Below are positions 15,301 through 26,902 of a stretch of DNA of 64,000 nucleotides, one piece after another. The stretch is from Antedon mediterranea. Taxonomy: Eukaryota > Animalia > Echinodermata. A program made the position numbers and the translations under genes. The stretch covers positions 12,646,352 through 12,710,351 of the forward strand of contig NC_092678.1 of NCBI RefSeq assembly GCF_964355755.1. Direction: 5' to 3'. Below the pieces are notes generated by a model. That model was not told the DNA's origin. It worked only from the letters and a program-made list of their open reading frames with translations, and did no database searches. Within the stretch, counting starts at the first letter, position 1; the number at the start of each line of letters is the position of its first letter.

Positions 15301-17224
15301 TATTATATAATCAGATGTTTCATTTATAAATGTGTCTGACCTGACCTCTTGACCTGTATCTATGGTGACAGTCTCATACACTCCAGATGAGGTTTTGTTG
15401 GTTAACTCAACCTTAAAAACATTAACAATTTAATCAATTTAAGACATAGTTCATTCAAACATATTTCTACATTTAAGCATGGTTAAAACTAGTCAAAATT
15501 AGTGACAGAATGCTAGTTTAGTAGAACAACCTGTGAATAAATGCTGCTGACAAATATGCATGTCTTTGTACCTTATCTTAGGTCTTAATATCACCAGTCT
15601 TTCAGGTTCTTTTAAATTGATAATTCATAGTATTTTTATATAAACCATTGTCATGTACAGTACTAATTTCATACTAACCTTAATAAGTTGTCCATTATCT
15701 GTGCCTATAAATGCTATTGTATGGTTCTCTTCAATTGCTGTAGTAACTGATGTTAGTATTTGATCATTAACTGTTAGCAATGCCTCTGATACTGCTGCTT
15801 CTGTGTAGGTACCTTGTGAAAAACGTCTGTATAGTTGCCTACCATCATTTGGTGGACACATCAATGACTGAACATCAGCAGCAGTAAAACTGAAAGACTT
15901 CATTATCAAAACCAAATTATAGTATACAGGTATTAATAACTTGAACTTGTACAATTTCAGAATTATAATAAATCCACTTTTTATTAAAAACAAATCAGAA
16001 TGAGTGGTTAGACTGATTTCCTAGCATTGCCATACAATTTTAGTAAATGCATGCATGTAAATCTACATGTTTGAAATGAGATTGAACAAGTATTGGTCAA
16101 ACAAGCATAAGCCACATCAAATACTGTTTGAAATAAGTTTGAAAATAAATATACAGTAAATATCATACTTGTGAACAATCTGCATCATCAGCATAGTCTA
16201 GAGTATAAACATTACTATCAACGTTTAGACATCCATTGAGTGCTTTGAAGAATGCATTTTCAGTATCATTCCACTTGTAAATACACAATGCAGATTGTCC
16301 AGTTGCAACTCCACTTCCATCACCTTTAGCAAACACTCCATACAATACATTATCTCCAGCTTGTAGGCCTAGTGAGATAGCTAACTCAGATCCTACAGGG
16401 CCGATAGACATGGCTTGTACCAAGTTGTAATCAACATTATTATATACACAGCTGAGGTATATCTCAGATAATGTATGAAGTGAGTTTTTTTGACAAACAC
16501 GACTCAGTCGTGAAGTTTTGTTGTTATTCTCACCGGGTCTAAATGCAGCAAAGTAAGTATATCCTTCATAATCAAATGCTGTTTTAAAACGTATAGGTTT
16601 ATTGTAAGATGGTGTCACTGTGATAGCATTGAAATCAGGGTTTGGAAGTTGAAATATTTTCTCAGTATCAACACGTCTTCTGGCATTAACATACTTGTAA
16701 GAGTACTCTACTGGATCCAATGATGTATGTCCAGATGACACATATAAAACATTTCTTTTGATAACATCATCTTTATCATTTGTACCATCATCCAACACAC
16801 CAGGTGCAATGATTCCAACTGCTGACAGTTCACTCACTATTCCATCTTCAACATTACTTCCATCTAAAGTTAAATCCAAAACAGATCTTCCTTCACATCT
16901 TCCATTGTTTCCTCCTCCACACGTGATCAATCTATCATGATCATAATCAATTTCTAATATTTTATTAACGTTAGCACAATCATCTGCTGAACATGTTGAA
17001 ATATTAGCAATGATGTTAAAATCCTCTGACAGTCTGTACAGTGAGTTGTAAGCTCCTATGTAGATATCTCCTGTTGTACTATGGATTTTGACATGGTACA
17101 GATCTTCATTTTCATGAGGTTTAAATTCGAGTAACATATCATTGTCAGATGCTTGTATGCTTATCAGAAATGTTGAAGAATATAGCAGAAATACAGAAAT
17201 GTTTAACAATGTTGGCAAACTCAT
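1..17224 (-). CDS. Plexin-like gene A (multi-exon; 3' part lies beyond the left window edge)
   Basis: 16 coding exons with GT-AG ends and compatible phases: 17224-16169, 15897-15679, 15411-15283, 14076-13964, 13658-13541, 13223-13067, 12510-12414, 9845-9731, 6446-6312, 5437-5336, 4683-4596, 3027-2861, 2555-2383, 1661-1562, 1004-868, 548-384. Translation gives a signal peptide, a Sema domain, three Cys-rich PSI motifs (CDECI..DPYCGWC; CSECVTSFTCDWC; CSRC..CVWC) and IPT repeats (SPRFGIQAGGTTLTFSGSNL). Confidence 0.9.
384..548 (-). CDS. Gene A exon 16 (IPT)
   Basis: INENQMICTTS...FNYTTNPTVTDFQPNKGIQA; 165 bp. Confidence 0.88.
868..1004 (-). CDS. Gene A exon 15 (IPT)
   Basis: NPLISELSPRFGIQAGGTTLTFSGSNLNTG; 137 bp. 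Confidence 0.9.
1222..1372. repeat. ~2.5 units of the 61-bp palindromic minisatellite
   Basis: Reverse complement of the unit expanded at 60803-61349. Confidence 0.75.
1562..1661 (-). CDS. Gene A exon 14
   Basis: VKCKAPVFDSVSQRDVIITVQGKTSAPVVILYQ; 100 bp. Confidence 0.85.
2200..2340 (+). mobile_element. Old Deu/Nin-like SINE relic shared by both paralogs
   Basis: tcttctggatgagatgttaatccgttggtcctgtgtg resembles the Deu core; counterpart at ~59345-59475. Confidence 0.4.
2383..2555 (-). CDS. Gene A exon 13 (IPT)
   Basis: THPISV...IELFGTDFGQ...IDNKEC; 173 bp. Confidence 0.85.
2861..3027 (-). CDS. Gene A exon 12 (PSI-3)
   Basis: TLYKCSVQRPDCSRC...CVWCTGDQCSY...CPSPVIIQ; 167 bp. Confidence 0.9.
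3797..4150 (-). mobile_element. Full-length tRNA-derived SINE with Deu/Nin-like core
   Basis: Minus strand: A box TGGCCGAGCGG, B box GGTTCGAGGCC, core CTTCTCGGATAAGGACTATAAACCGTAGGTCC...AAAGAACCCAG...GAGTAGGGGGTTACCCCGGTG, A-rich (TAAA)n-like tail; absent from the paralogous gene B intron. Confidence 0.85.
4596..4683 (-). CDS. Gene A exon 11
   Basis: YDYTAKDKQEVNAYIKVFWNDNEIDNAYQ; 88 bp. Confidence 0.85.
5336..5437 (-). CDS. Gene A exon 10
   Basis: VNSYECELEIE...NITCSQYT; 102 bp. Confidence 0.86.
6312..6446 (-). CDS. Gene A exon 9
   Basis: AASPPNDFQGQGSCPQIY...NLPNATK; 135 bp; donor AAG|GTAAAC. Confidence 0.86.
6862..9665. mobile_element. Non-autonomous hAT-like DNA transposon with nested Helitron
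   Basis: TIRs TAGTGGCGTATCCAG / CTGGATACGCCACTG; 8-bp TSD AATAGAAG; single empty site in gene B (~52443-52450). Confidence 0.88.
7224..8780 (-). mobile_element. Non-autonomous Helitron copy 1 (internal ~260-bp tandem duplication ~7800-8322)
   Basis: Minus strand 5' TC, 3' CTAG with terminal hairpin, inserted between A and T, no TSD. Confidence 0.82.
9731..9845 (-). CDS. Gene A exon 8 (PSI-2)
   Basis: CSECVTSFTCDWCVYDNKCTHN; 115 bp. Confidence 0.9.
12414..12510 (-). CDS. Gene A exon 7
   Basis: ...FVSTDFTFFDCSAITS; 97 bp, phase 1-2. Confidence 0.88.
13067..13223 (-). CDS. Gene A exon 6 (TIG/IPT)
   Basis: ISLTVEQLPPL...YNCKFG...LTCNSPP; 157 bp. Confidence 0.88.
13541..13658 (-). CDS. Gene A exon 5
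   Basis: CTRFKECQQSPWL...CIEITNVEPP; 118 bp; GTGAGT donor. Confidence 0.88.
13964..14076 (-). CDS. Gene A exon 4 (PSI-1)
   Basis: LVKLQVANCSQFITCDECIRPGQLDADPYCGWCTLHK; 113 bp. Confidence 0.9.
14990..15238 (+). mobile_element. RTE-like LINE 3' fragment
   Basis: Degenerate KKWRW.., ..LGEAFALQWADNG*, then a TGA-repeat tail. Confidence 0.55.
15283..15411 (-). CDS. Gene A exon 3
   Basis: 129 bp VELTNKTSSG...IIALTAKK with AG/GT ends; paralog of 46774-46902. Confidence 0.85.
15679..15897 (-). CDS. Gene A exon 2 (Sema C-terminal part)
   Basis: 219 bp, phase 0-0, ...LTSVTTAIEENHTIAFIGTDNGQLIK; same length as gene B 46242-46460. Confidence 0.85.
16169..17224 (-). CDS. Gene A exon 1: signal peptide + most of Sema domain
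   Basis: 352 codons MSLPTLLNISVFLLYSS...DADCSQ; motifs IYIGAYNSLYRL, NKILEID, LITCG, SRLSRVCQ, LYGVF, SALCIY; donor CAA|GTATGA. Confidence 0.92.
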
Positions 17225-17912
17225 ATTTAAAGATGAGAGAACGTCATTACCTTATGAAAGAAAATAAAAAAAACACTACTTTAAAATAAGAAATACAATG
17301 AATCATTAATGATTAATTTTTATATGCCTTTACTGAATAGCAATCTACTATCTATAATCATTAATTAAAAAGCTAAAACTGGATTGTACTAAGATTGATT
17401 TTCTGATATGACCAACAAGCATGGAAAAATATCCCACTCAGATAATATTGCTCCTTTCAGGATTACATGCTGCACAGGATAGTTTAGTACAGTACCGGTA
17501 TGTATAGTATCAGAGTATCAGTTTTGTCTAATACCTATTTTATGTCTGCATACAAAATTTGTATAACTTGTAACCAGTGTTTAATCTTCTGATTTATTGC
17601 ACATTTTCACACACGCATATGCTGAGAAATATCGGGAGAAAAGCGTAGTTGCACGCTATTTGATTACTATGATTGGTCAGTTTAATACCAGGGCAATACA
17701 CGCGCGCACAGAACAAAAACAGGCCTCTCTCTGTGTTTTTCTCCCGAGATCCTGTTCATACTATGCAAACCTGGTTACAACTTCTTACATTATAAAGTTG
17801 TTACATTAAATTTTGCAATATGAAAAGGATATAACTCTATGTTTTGAACAGTCAAACAATTTGAAGATTTATTTTGGGTTCTCCACTTAAAACTGGTTTA
17901 TTTTTATATAAT

Positions 17913-20900
17913 TAGTAGAGAGGCCAAATACACAAAAGTCCTCTATAAAAAGTTTGGGAGGCATTTTTTGTTAATAGCAGGCAACCATGTTGAATGTATC
18001 CTTTGTGGGGTGACAAAAACGATAGGGGTGGATGCCATCTTCAGTTTTGGGTTTTAAGGTTAGTTTATGTGGTCAAGAGGTCAAACAAGGTCAAAATATA
18101 GGATTTTTTTTTATTCATGGAAAATCATCTACATCATCAGATCTATCCAAAAAGGTATATCTGAAGATCAACTGATGCTTCATATTATAGTAATTATGAG
18201 ATAAACATTTAATTTTACACATAAAAACATAGGAAATTAAATATAAAAGTGTCATTTTCTCAAAATGTTGTTTTCACATATTTCTGTAAAGTACACACAG
18301 TTTTTTAATAGGCTTTTCCCAGTCTGTTGTAAATTTGTCTTTTTCATGTTGTCCACCAGTCATCGTTTTGATTTTTGTCGGAAAAAATAGGTCAAGTGTT
18401 ATATGTATGAAACGCCATATGTGCCAAAAGATTGGTCTTTTACTATAATATTAATATTACCTATAATAATGTAATACAGTAATATTTAGAAATTTGTTTT
18501 TAGAAAAATTATTAATATTACCTATAATAATGTAATAATATTTAGAAATTTGTTTTTAGAAAAATTTAGAAAACAGAGACCCCCCTATATGATATAATGT
18601 CGAGATGTTTTTGTTTGGGTCAGAGACCCCCTATAATGTAATTATTTAAACATTTTTTTCATTATTTCAATGATACAAGTTTTTATTGAAGTTTGTTGTT
18701 TCAAGAAATCTCGAAAGAAAAACCTGGGTATCGAGTCTTTGTTTTCAAAAACTCAAACTATTGGACTTTATCAAGGTTGGAAGGAGTGGTAAATGGGGAC
18801 TTCTTCTTGAGGCCTTCGCATCTATGCTATCATGGCTGACGCTGATAACAAATATAAACTTCTTAAGTAATTAAGAAGTCCTTTATACACATGGATAAAG
18901 ACGGTTTTAACGTTATTTACAAACATTACGTTACGTACTGTGTCCAGGTATGAAATCCATTTCTCCCAAAAAGTAAACGCACTTGAAGAGGACAACGTCA
19001 TGCGACAAATCAAATTCCAGCTATCCATTCTTATTCATATGAAGATCGTTTAAAGTTTCTTGGCCTAACAACCCTGTATGACAGACGAATTCATGGTGAC
19101 TTGATTGAAAATTTTCAAAAAATTTCGAGGGTGTAGCCAAGGAAGACTTCCTTCAAATAAGATGCAATCTAAGCAGAAATACACGAGGACATCAGCTTAG
19201 ACTTTTTAAACCTAAATTTCACAAAGGACTGATAGATCCATTTTTTCACAATTAGTAATTATATATTTTAATAGTTTGCCAACCAAAGTCATCATTTCTG
19301 AAACCACCAACACATTTAAAAACCGATTGGATTCGTTGTAGAAATGAGGTTAAAAGGGTAAACAAATTTACCTATCTAAACTATCAGAACCAATATTCTA
19401 AACACTGAGTGGATGATTGATCAATTCAAAATAGAATCATTGGTATAACAAGAAACGCTGTAATTCATTGATAGGTTCTGCATGACATGGTCAGACTGAT
19501 CACGAATCACACATAATACACAATATTCTTTCGAACTGACAGATAATAAGGAAGATCTTATATTCAAAGTAACAACTTATTGAAAGAAAAAAAAACAGTA
19601 GAACTTAGAACTTTATGAGCCACTGAGAAAGCATCGCTCTAAACCTTTGCGGATTTCTATAAGGCAACTGTTTCGATAAAGTATATAAAAACTGACAGAA
19701 AATCTGCTGATCAACCATTGGAGTATGATCATAGCCCAATTTTAATATCTTTAACCAAATATGACTTCACATATCTTGATGGATGGCGTTGAAATACCCA
19801 CAGATGTTCCAGAAGAAAACTTACAGTAAAAACATGATGGTCATGCACTATAGGATGCAGTAAACATGGCTGTAAACATTTGGTGACTATGCAAGTATTT
19901 ATGCAAGTTACCTAGATATTTCGTCATTTTGTTGTATTTGATCATTACATTGGAAAGGGGTGGATAAAAGCAGTGACACGATTGAAAGGATAGTCCCAAT
20001 GTACTAATCTGTACTTCCGTATGTGTTTTGGGCCACACTCATCGGTTTGGAGGAGAACAAATATCACACAGTTTTTAGACATTCTTTATGTCAATAACAA
20101 AGAGCTTGCAATTATACATGAAAGTTGATGTTAATAATGATATGCACTTTGTAACAGTAGCCTTCAAAAGTATGGACGATGTCTGGTATAGTGAACAATA
20201 AAGTGGTTGAAAACCTATTAAGAATAATCTAACCAGCTTCCATGCCATTACAGGTTGCAGCACGTCATTATTTGCTGGTTATGGGAAGAGGTCATACTGG
20301 AAATCATTTGTAACGCATCCACTCCTTGTAAATGGAATTGATTAAGATTAAGACTTTCCACGTACAGTGTACACTAAAGTTTAGTATGGCCAAATATATG
20401 GTACTCTTGAGCAGATAACTGTATAATAACAGACTACTCTTTGGTGCTACCTCCATCTAGACTCAGTGACCATATACCATTAACACTAGTGATATATATT
20501 TCCCTTAAATATTAAGTATTTCACTTCACTCAATAAATATTTAAGTACCTGTATTTCTACTTCGGGAAACACTTAAAGTTAAAAAAACTCACCTATGGTG
20601 ACGTGAATACAGATATCATAGAACCTAAACATACGAGCCAACTATCAGGCAGAGATCAGTATGTGGCCTAAATGAATCGGGTCGTTTGGAAGCACCTAAC
20701 CCAGTTGTCAGTTTGGAACTTGTTACATGTGTATGTAAACTAAAGAGCCAGATGAAGTTGTTACAGAAAGCATGCATATGTGGTTGTGATTCAATCGTTT
20801 GCCGTTACCTAGATGGCCAGTAGGCATTATATATCAGTGCTTGAAGAAATACACACCTCAGAGCGTTACCTCCTTCCATCCCAGAAAAATTTTGAATATT

Positions 20901-21517
20901 GGCATGTGCCCATGCCGCCCATTACTCCCAACCCACAAATCCTCTGTGACCGTTTTTAAATGAAATTTAAGACATTCCAGTAGGCCTCCAATTTCGGTTA
21001 TTTTGATACTCTAGGACTCATCCTCTCCATTCCTTGAACACCTTCCAGGAGTGAGTCAAAAAGTTTAAAATCTTCCCAGTACAATTCTGGTCTTTTTGAC
21101 ACCACACTATAACCATCAGCCCAAGACTATCATGAACATTATATTTATTTCAATTATTAATACCGATAATGAACAGGTCTGTGCTCTATTTGACCTTATG
21201 ACCTTGAAAATGACCTTTAAACTTGTACAGTAAGTTAAAAAATTGATGAACTTCACCATCTGCAGCAATATGTCAATAATGATCCAATAATGGTTACATT
21301 TCTTTTAATTAGCTTATATGTTGTTGAAAACAGCTTAAACCTCTATTTTACCATATTTGACCTTACAACCTTGAAAATGACCTTTGACCTGAAATTTGAG
21401 AGCGGCATCCACCCCTATCTTTGTTGTCATCCCATAAGGGATATATTCCACATGGTTGCCTGCTATTAACAGAAAATGCCCCCCATGATGAAAAAGCACA
21501 CATTGGCCGCCCTACTA
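17913..21517 (+). mobile_element. Degenerate Academ-like DNA transposon 1
   Basis: ~120-bp imperfect TIRs starting TAGTAG / ending CTACTA; relics FHAITGC.TS.FAGYGKRSYW (XPG-like), RANYQA, LELVTCVCK (Cys-rich); TSD imperfect (AAT/TAT). Confidence 0.7.
18690..19340 (+). mobile_element. CR1/L2-group LINE RT C-terminal fragment nested in Academ 1
   Basis: SYEDRLKFLGLTTLYDRRIHGDLIE; TRGHQLRLFKP; FNSLP..VI...TTNTFKNRLD. Confidence 0.75.
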
Positions 21518-22044
21518 TATTTATTGATAAGTATCTTTGATGGATGTACAGTTACAGGTCCGTAGCCAGGGGGGGTTTTTATGGTTCGGGCGAACCCCCC
21601 CTTTACAGCGAACCCCCTTAACCAACTGCGAACCCCCATCCCCGACTGCGAACCCCCATCCCCGACATGCCCAATACCTCACCCTCATCTCCAAAAATCC
21701 TCCAAATACGTGCCCCACAGTACAAAAAGTTGTTTGTAAATTGAAAAATTCGTAAACTTGTTCGTGAACCTTCTTCTCTGTATGAGCGTCAACTAGTGAT
21801 ACGTGTCTGTAAATTTCTAAAAGCTGCAAATGAATTGCCGATTTTAACCTGAAAAATAAATGTTTGGTCCCTGCATGTAACATGATATTGACGCGTCTCA
21901 TAGCGAGCTGGCGCACGAACGATTCGTACAAAGGACACCGCCAGACAACTGCGTACCTATTGTTTAGATCACTGGCAGTCAGGCAGCATGCATAAAGTAT
22001 AGCCTTCCGACGTACATCAGTATTTATGTGCGACTATGAAGTAT

Positions 22045-22750
22045 AATGTATCACTTACGATATCATTAACTCTCACATTTCTCCTATCAGTATTCCATTT
22101 TTTCCGAGGTACTAATAACGGGAACACATCTCTTATCCAACATTTCCAGAAACTATCAACGATGCGTTGCATAAACTCGAATCGGTGTCTTGGATTCTTC
22201 GTATCCCGAAATGGTCCATTTGATATTCCACTTGATGCTCGTCCTAACAAAATATCATTTGGACATAAATAGCTACCGTCGTCCGGGTCATTCGGAATTC
22301 TTCCTATTGGTCGTTGATTCACTAAGTTACTAACTTCCATGAAACAAGTTTGCAACTCAAACGGCGTCATGGTTTGTTGCCCAATGGCTTTTCTTAAAGC
22401 AAGTTTACAGCTTTTGACTAGTGACTCGGCACATCCGTTTTGGTGCGGTGCCAATGGCGTTGTAAATTTCCATTGTACTCTTTTCTCGGCTCAAAACTCC
22501 TTTAACTCCTTTTGATCAACAATCGATGTATTTACAGGCCAATCCTCCTCAGGCAAGTATAAGAACTCTGGTCCAATTCGCCATCTTCCGTTAAGCTGTT
22601 TAACTGGTATGCCACGTGATACATCGTCTGCTACATTATGCTCACCGGGGACGTGTCTCCATTGCGACGGCTCTGACATGCTCTGTATTTCTCCAATTCT
22701 ATTTGATACAAATGACTTAAAGCCTCTCGCTTGGCTTCTTATCCATGCCA
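22045..22750 (-). mobile_element. BEL/Pao LTR-retrotransposon pol fragments (RNase H region joined by a deletion to integrase)
   Basis: LAWIRSQARGFKSFVSNRIGEIQ..QWRHVPGEHNVADDVSRG and WKFTTPLAPHQNGCAESLVKSCK..NQRPI..LCPNDILLGR..FWKCW. Confidence 0.88.
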
Positions 22751-23248
22751 GGATCTTCCCGACGCGTGGGCTACATTCCCCGACGAGGGGGCTATGCGAG
22801 CATCACTAGGCTGGGGGCCAGGGTGCCGCCAAGGGCCCCCGGAAGCAACGCGTTCTAGCGTCATTTGAGGTCATTTTAATCAGATTTAGGGTAGCCATTT
22901 TTTCCATTTTTTATAATGCATAAATAAAATACTGCGTGCAAAAAAAACGATGCGCGATGACTGTTTCAATCCATATTTTTCAATTTAAAAAATAAAAGTT
23001 CAAAGAAAATTTAGAAAAATAGAGTTGGAGGTCCCGGAAATTGGACTTAATATACTTCAAAACATGAAACAAAATATATAAGTCCCTATCATGGTTGTGA
23101 CTGAGCTAAGAAATGTTTGAAAAATAGAGATGTTAGGTCCCGGAAAATGCACTTCTTGTACTTCGAAATATGACCAGCTTTATTGTTGGGGCTGAGCTAA
23201 GAAACTGTTTAAAACTAGAGCTGCAGGTCTTCAAAAAATTACATTTTA

Positions 23249-24524
23249 CTAGATGGTACGCTCGCTTCGCTCGCGTACCATCTAGGTCGTGCCCACAGAT
23301 GGTTCTCGAATACACAGTAATTTCAGCGTAACAAAACTGGCCATTTCAAATGTACGTACCGCAGGACTATATACATTGTCGTTTACAGAAACAAATAAAT
23401 AGACACGATGATTTATGTAGTCAACTAAAATTAGCACCCTGAGTTTTTGATTTGGACTCATTTAAAGAAACCCAATTTGTGTTTTGTATGTAACATTAGG
23501 GTTGAGGGATGGGAAAGCGGATAGGTACAAAGAGGAACAATTTTTAAATATTATTATTCTTTATCCACTCAGTAACGAAATATTTTTTTCATGTTTTATA
23601 GGCCTATAAATAATATACCTTTAAATACAGTAAAACATTTGCGATTTAATACTTTTTTTATTTTATTTATTTATTTATTTCTTTTAAATATTCATTGTAC
23701 ACTAATTTTCCCCGTGTATGGCAAGAGATTCCTAATTATATTAGAGAACATTCTTTAATTAGTTTAGTTAACACTGTCACTGTCATAATCGATTGAAATA
23801 TTAAGTACCATGTCACGATACACAACTACGACGTTTATATTTGGTAATCATTAATTAATACAAACGTTGAGAAAGAACTGTCAGTATAAAGTTTATTTGT
23901 ATATAATAATGTGTTTATATATCTAACAGTAGAGCCTATCCACAATCTCGCAAGTTTATTCTCAAAGGGCCCATATATTTACCTACCGTATGTGTTAAAC
24001 CAAGGGCTCATAAATTTACCTACAGTACTTGTGTTAAACCAAACTCTGGCAGACTGAGAGATTGGGATGTTCCATTCATCGCAAATCAATAGATTTGTAT
24101 ATCGTATATTAAATCTATCAAAATAGTATTTTTTAAAGAAAATCGGCCTGTCTTCAACATTATGATGGTGTACTCTAGCTGTTCAACCGGTTTTCAGCCA
24201 TTAAAAACAATTATCGTAGGAGGAGATAGGAAAATGCGAAGCCTCCTCGCATTTTTGTGGCGGGTATTTTTCAAGACGGACATCCATTAGACAGTGTATA
24301 CCACGATTGGAAAACACCCCTATTTGGGGCAAATCGTTGAACCTAAATTCGTTTTAATCGTCAATAACTAATTATCTAACTTAATTTAATTAGTAAACAG
24401 GGTTACATCAGGTGGTTAAAATCAGTACCGAAAGTACGAACCAACTTTATATACCATCGAGTACAAATTCGAAAAGTAAGGCGCGATTTACCGAATTTTG
24501 CCCTTACGTAAATTTATATATAGA
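23249..24524 (-). mobile_element. Non-autonomous Helitron copy 2
   Basis: Same ends as copy 1 (CTAGATGGTACGCTCGCTTCGCTCGCGTACCATCTAG ... TATATAGA); A|T site. Confidence 0.82.
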
Positions 24525-25166
24525 TACTTTGGAAACATCAGGCCTAGAGGCTTAAAAAACGCAAGCGTAGACCTTTTTCAGTCGGGAAAATAAGTTTATT
24601 CCTCCCAAGTGTATGCGTGCGTACTATCTGGACTTCCGAGTGGTGAGAAATTCATGACATACAGGACATTGAAAATGTAATTAACTTAGCTATAATAAGA
24701 TGTTGGCTAAGCGAAAATGGCATGTTTTTTTGTTTAATAATGGATGAAAAATTTATTTTAGGCGCCCCACGGTACAGAAGGTTACTTGTAAATTAAAAAA
24801 TTGGTGAACATACGAACAATTAACATAATTGGTTTTTGCTGTAGTGTAGCGTACGTCGACGCAGTACACGACGTAACCGTCAGAAAACTTCGCCTGGAAA
24901 ATAACTACAGTACACATTTTGGTCCCTGGATGGAACATGATATCACGCGTCTCGACCCAACGTTGAACGATTCGTACAAAGGGATACCGCCAGACAAGTG
25001 CGAACCTAGCTATTGTTTAGTAGTAAGTTAGGTCGCTGGCAATAATGAATGCATATAAAGTGCATAATATCACTCTGACGTACTCTCACGGTCAATGAAA
25101 CGTCACGGTTTTCTAGGCGCTGAAGGTAGCTACGAAGTGAACGCGAACGCTTTTTACTGTATATTA

Positions 25167-25401
25167 AGCCTGGTTTCCATAAAATCGCTACACGACAGAG
25201 CGTAGCGATTCTATGGAAACGCTAGAATTTGTACGTACGCGTATACGATTCATCGCCGACAAAATCGGCAAAGTTGAACATGGTTGAACTTTGCCGATTT
25301 GACTGCGATGAATCGGGTAGCCTTCCCGATTGCGTCGGCGACATCTGCGCGTGTAGCGATTTTAATGGAAACGCTGTAGCGATTTTAATGGAAACAAGGC
25401 T
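25167..25401. mobile_element. PIF/Harbinger-like MITE
   Basis: TIRs AGCCTGGTTTCCATAAAATCGCTAC / GTAGCGATTTTAATGGAAACAAGGCT; TTA TSD; empty site in the duplicated segment at ~25721-25735. Confidence 0.8.
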
Positions 25402-26659
25402 TTATATTCCCCGACAAAAAGTACCCGTGTTCCCTTCGGTAACCGGCGGTAAACTTCGCCTGGAAAATAACTACATTACATATTTTGGTCCCTGTATGGA
25501 ACTTGATATCACGCGTCTCGACCCAACGTTGAACGATTCGTACAAAGGGATACCGCCAGACAAGTGCGTACCTAGCTAATGTTTAGTAGTAAGTTAGATC
25601 GCTGGCAATAAATGAATGCATAAAAGTGCATAATAGCCCTCTGACGTACTCTCACGGTCAATGGAACGTCGTGATTTTCTAGGCGCTGAAGCATGAAGTG
25701 AACGCAAACGTTTTTTACTGTATATTATATTCCCTGACAAAAAGTACCCGTGTTCCCCGACGGGGGGGCTAGGCTCCCCGACGAGGGGGCTAGAGCCCCT
25801 GTAGCCCCCCCGCTGGCGCCACCACTGATGTATCATAGAGGATAGTGAATATTAATATTTTACACTATAATATCTATGGTATCAAGTACTGTAGTTCACA
25901 TTATGGCATCCGATTTTTTTCTAGACCACCAGCCGATACGTACTAAAATGTATCAATATCACCTATTTACATATTTATATTCCTCAACAAATTGCTGTAA
26001 ATAAATATTATAGATAGAGCTAGCAAATAGCATTTGCCTTCACCCAGTGTGCTTTTTTCGGGGCTGCTCCTAGATATACGTTCGCATTGAACTTGAACGC
26101 AAAACAAAATACGGAGTAAATGATCAAACAATCGGTGGTTCCGCACAGAGCACGCGCATCTAACATACGGCAACAAATAGTTATTGTCATTTAAATTATC
26201 GACGTGTTTGAGGAGGAGGAAAAAAGTACGATCTTTTTGCTCATTGGTTATATAGCATGCTGCACGAGAGTGTCTTTTCCGGCCATCTAGGGGTGTCATT
26301 TAACAAAATTCGCTTCGCATCAGGCTGGGGGAGGGGAGGGGAAGGGGGGGGGGGGTTGACCCAAATATTTAGTGTCCGAACCCCCCCTTGACAGATCCTG
26401 GCTACGGCCCTGAGTTACCATCAGCCAACCTATGTAAAAAATGGAATAAATTCAATTTCTTTTTCTTCAATTTATTACTGTACAATTAGACTTAGTACAT
26501 TGCACTGTTGCAATATTATCTAGACGATTATACAAAAACCAAACAATGTTATAGCGAGACCAGAAGCTTCCAACGAGAAAAAAGTTTGATTATTAACAAT
26601 TTAATTACTTATAAAATTGTATAGGCCTACTACACAGTAATTCGGAAAGTCAGTTAGCT

Positions 26660-26902
26660 AGTTAGGCCAGAGGATTAGCTAGGCTAAGCCAAGAAGGCCT
26701 TATAGCTAGGCTAGTTGTAGTAGGTCTAGGCTAGGCCCCTTCTTAGGCCTATGGCTAGGCCTAGTCAGGCCTAGCCTAGGGCCAGGCCTAGCTAGCTAGG
26801 CCTAGCTAGTACTACTAGCTAGGCCTAGCTAGTAGGTAGGCCTAGGCTAGGCCTAGGCCTAGGCTAGTAAAGTAGAAGTAAGTAGGCCTAGGCCTAGCCT
26901 AG
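26660..26902. repeat. AGGCCT/CTAG palindromic low-complexity tract
   Basis: Dense tandem taggcc/ctag/gcta motifs. Confidence 0.8.

Larger units (their letters stand above)
22747..25827. mobile_element. hAT-like non-autonomous element, left end truncated
   Basis: Right end CTGGCGCCACCACTG; left remnant GCCAGGATC; repeated CCCCGACGAGGGGGCTA subterminal motifs; internal ~290-bp duplication ~24870-25165 / ~25438-25725. Confidence 0.55.
21555..26412. mobile_element. Composite non-autonomous DNA transposon with CAGG termini and 5-bp TSD (hAT5-like)
   Basis: TIRs CAGGTCCGTAGCCAGG / CCTGGCTACGGCCCTG; AGTTA on both flanks. Confidence 0.75.

Noticed and set aside
16169-17224. Semaphorin or Met/Ron identity
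   Set aside because: Three PSI domains interleaved with several IPT domains fit plexin architecture; no specific gene symbol is assigned because the cytoplasmic region is outside the window.
24753-26299. Short ORFs sharing KLRLENNY..DITRLDPTLNDSYKGIPPDK
   Set aside because: They lie in duplicated non-coding MITE interior, lack true ATG or splice context, and one is created by a MITE insertion.
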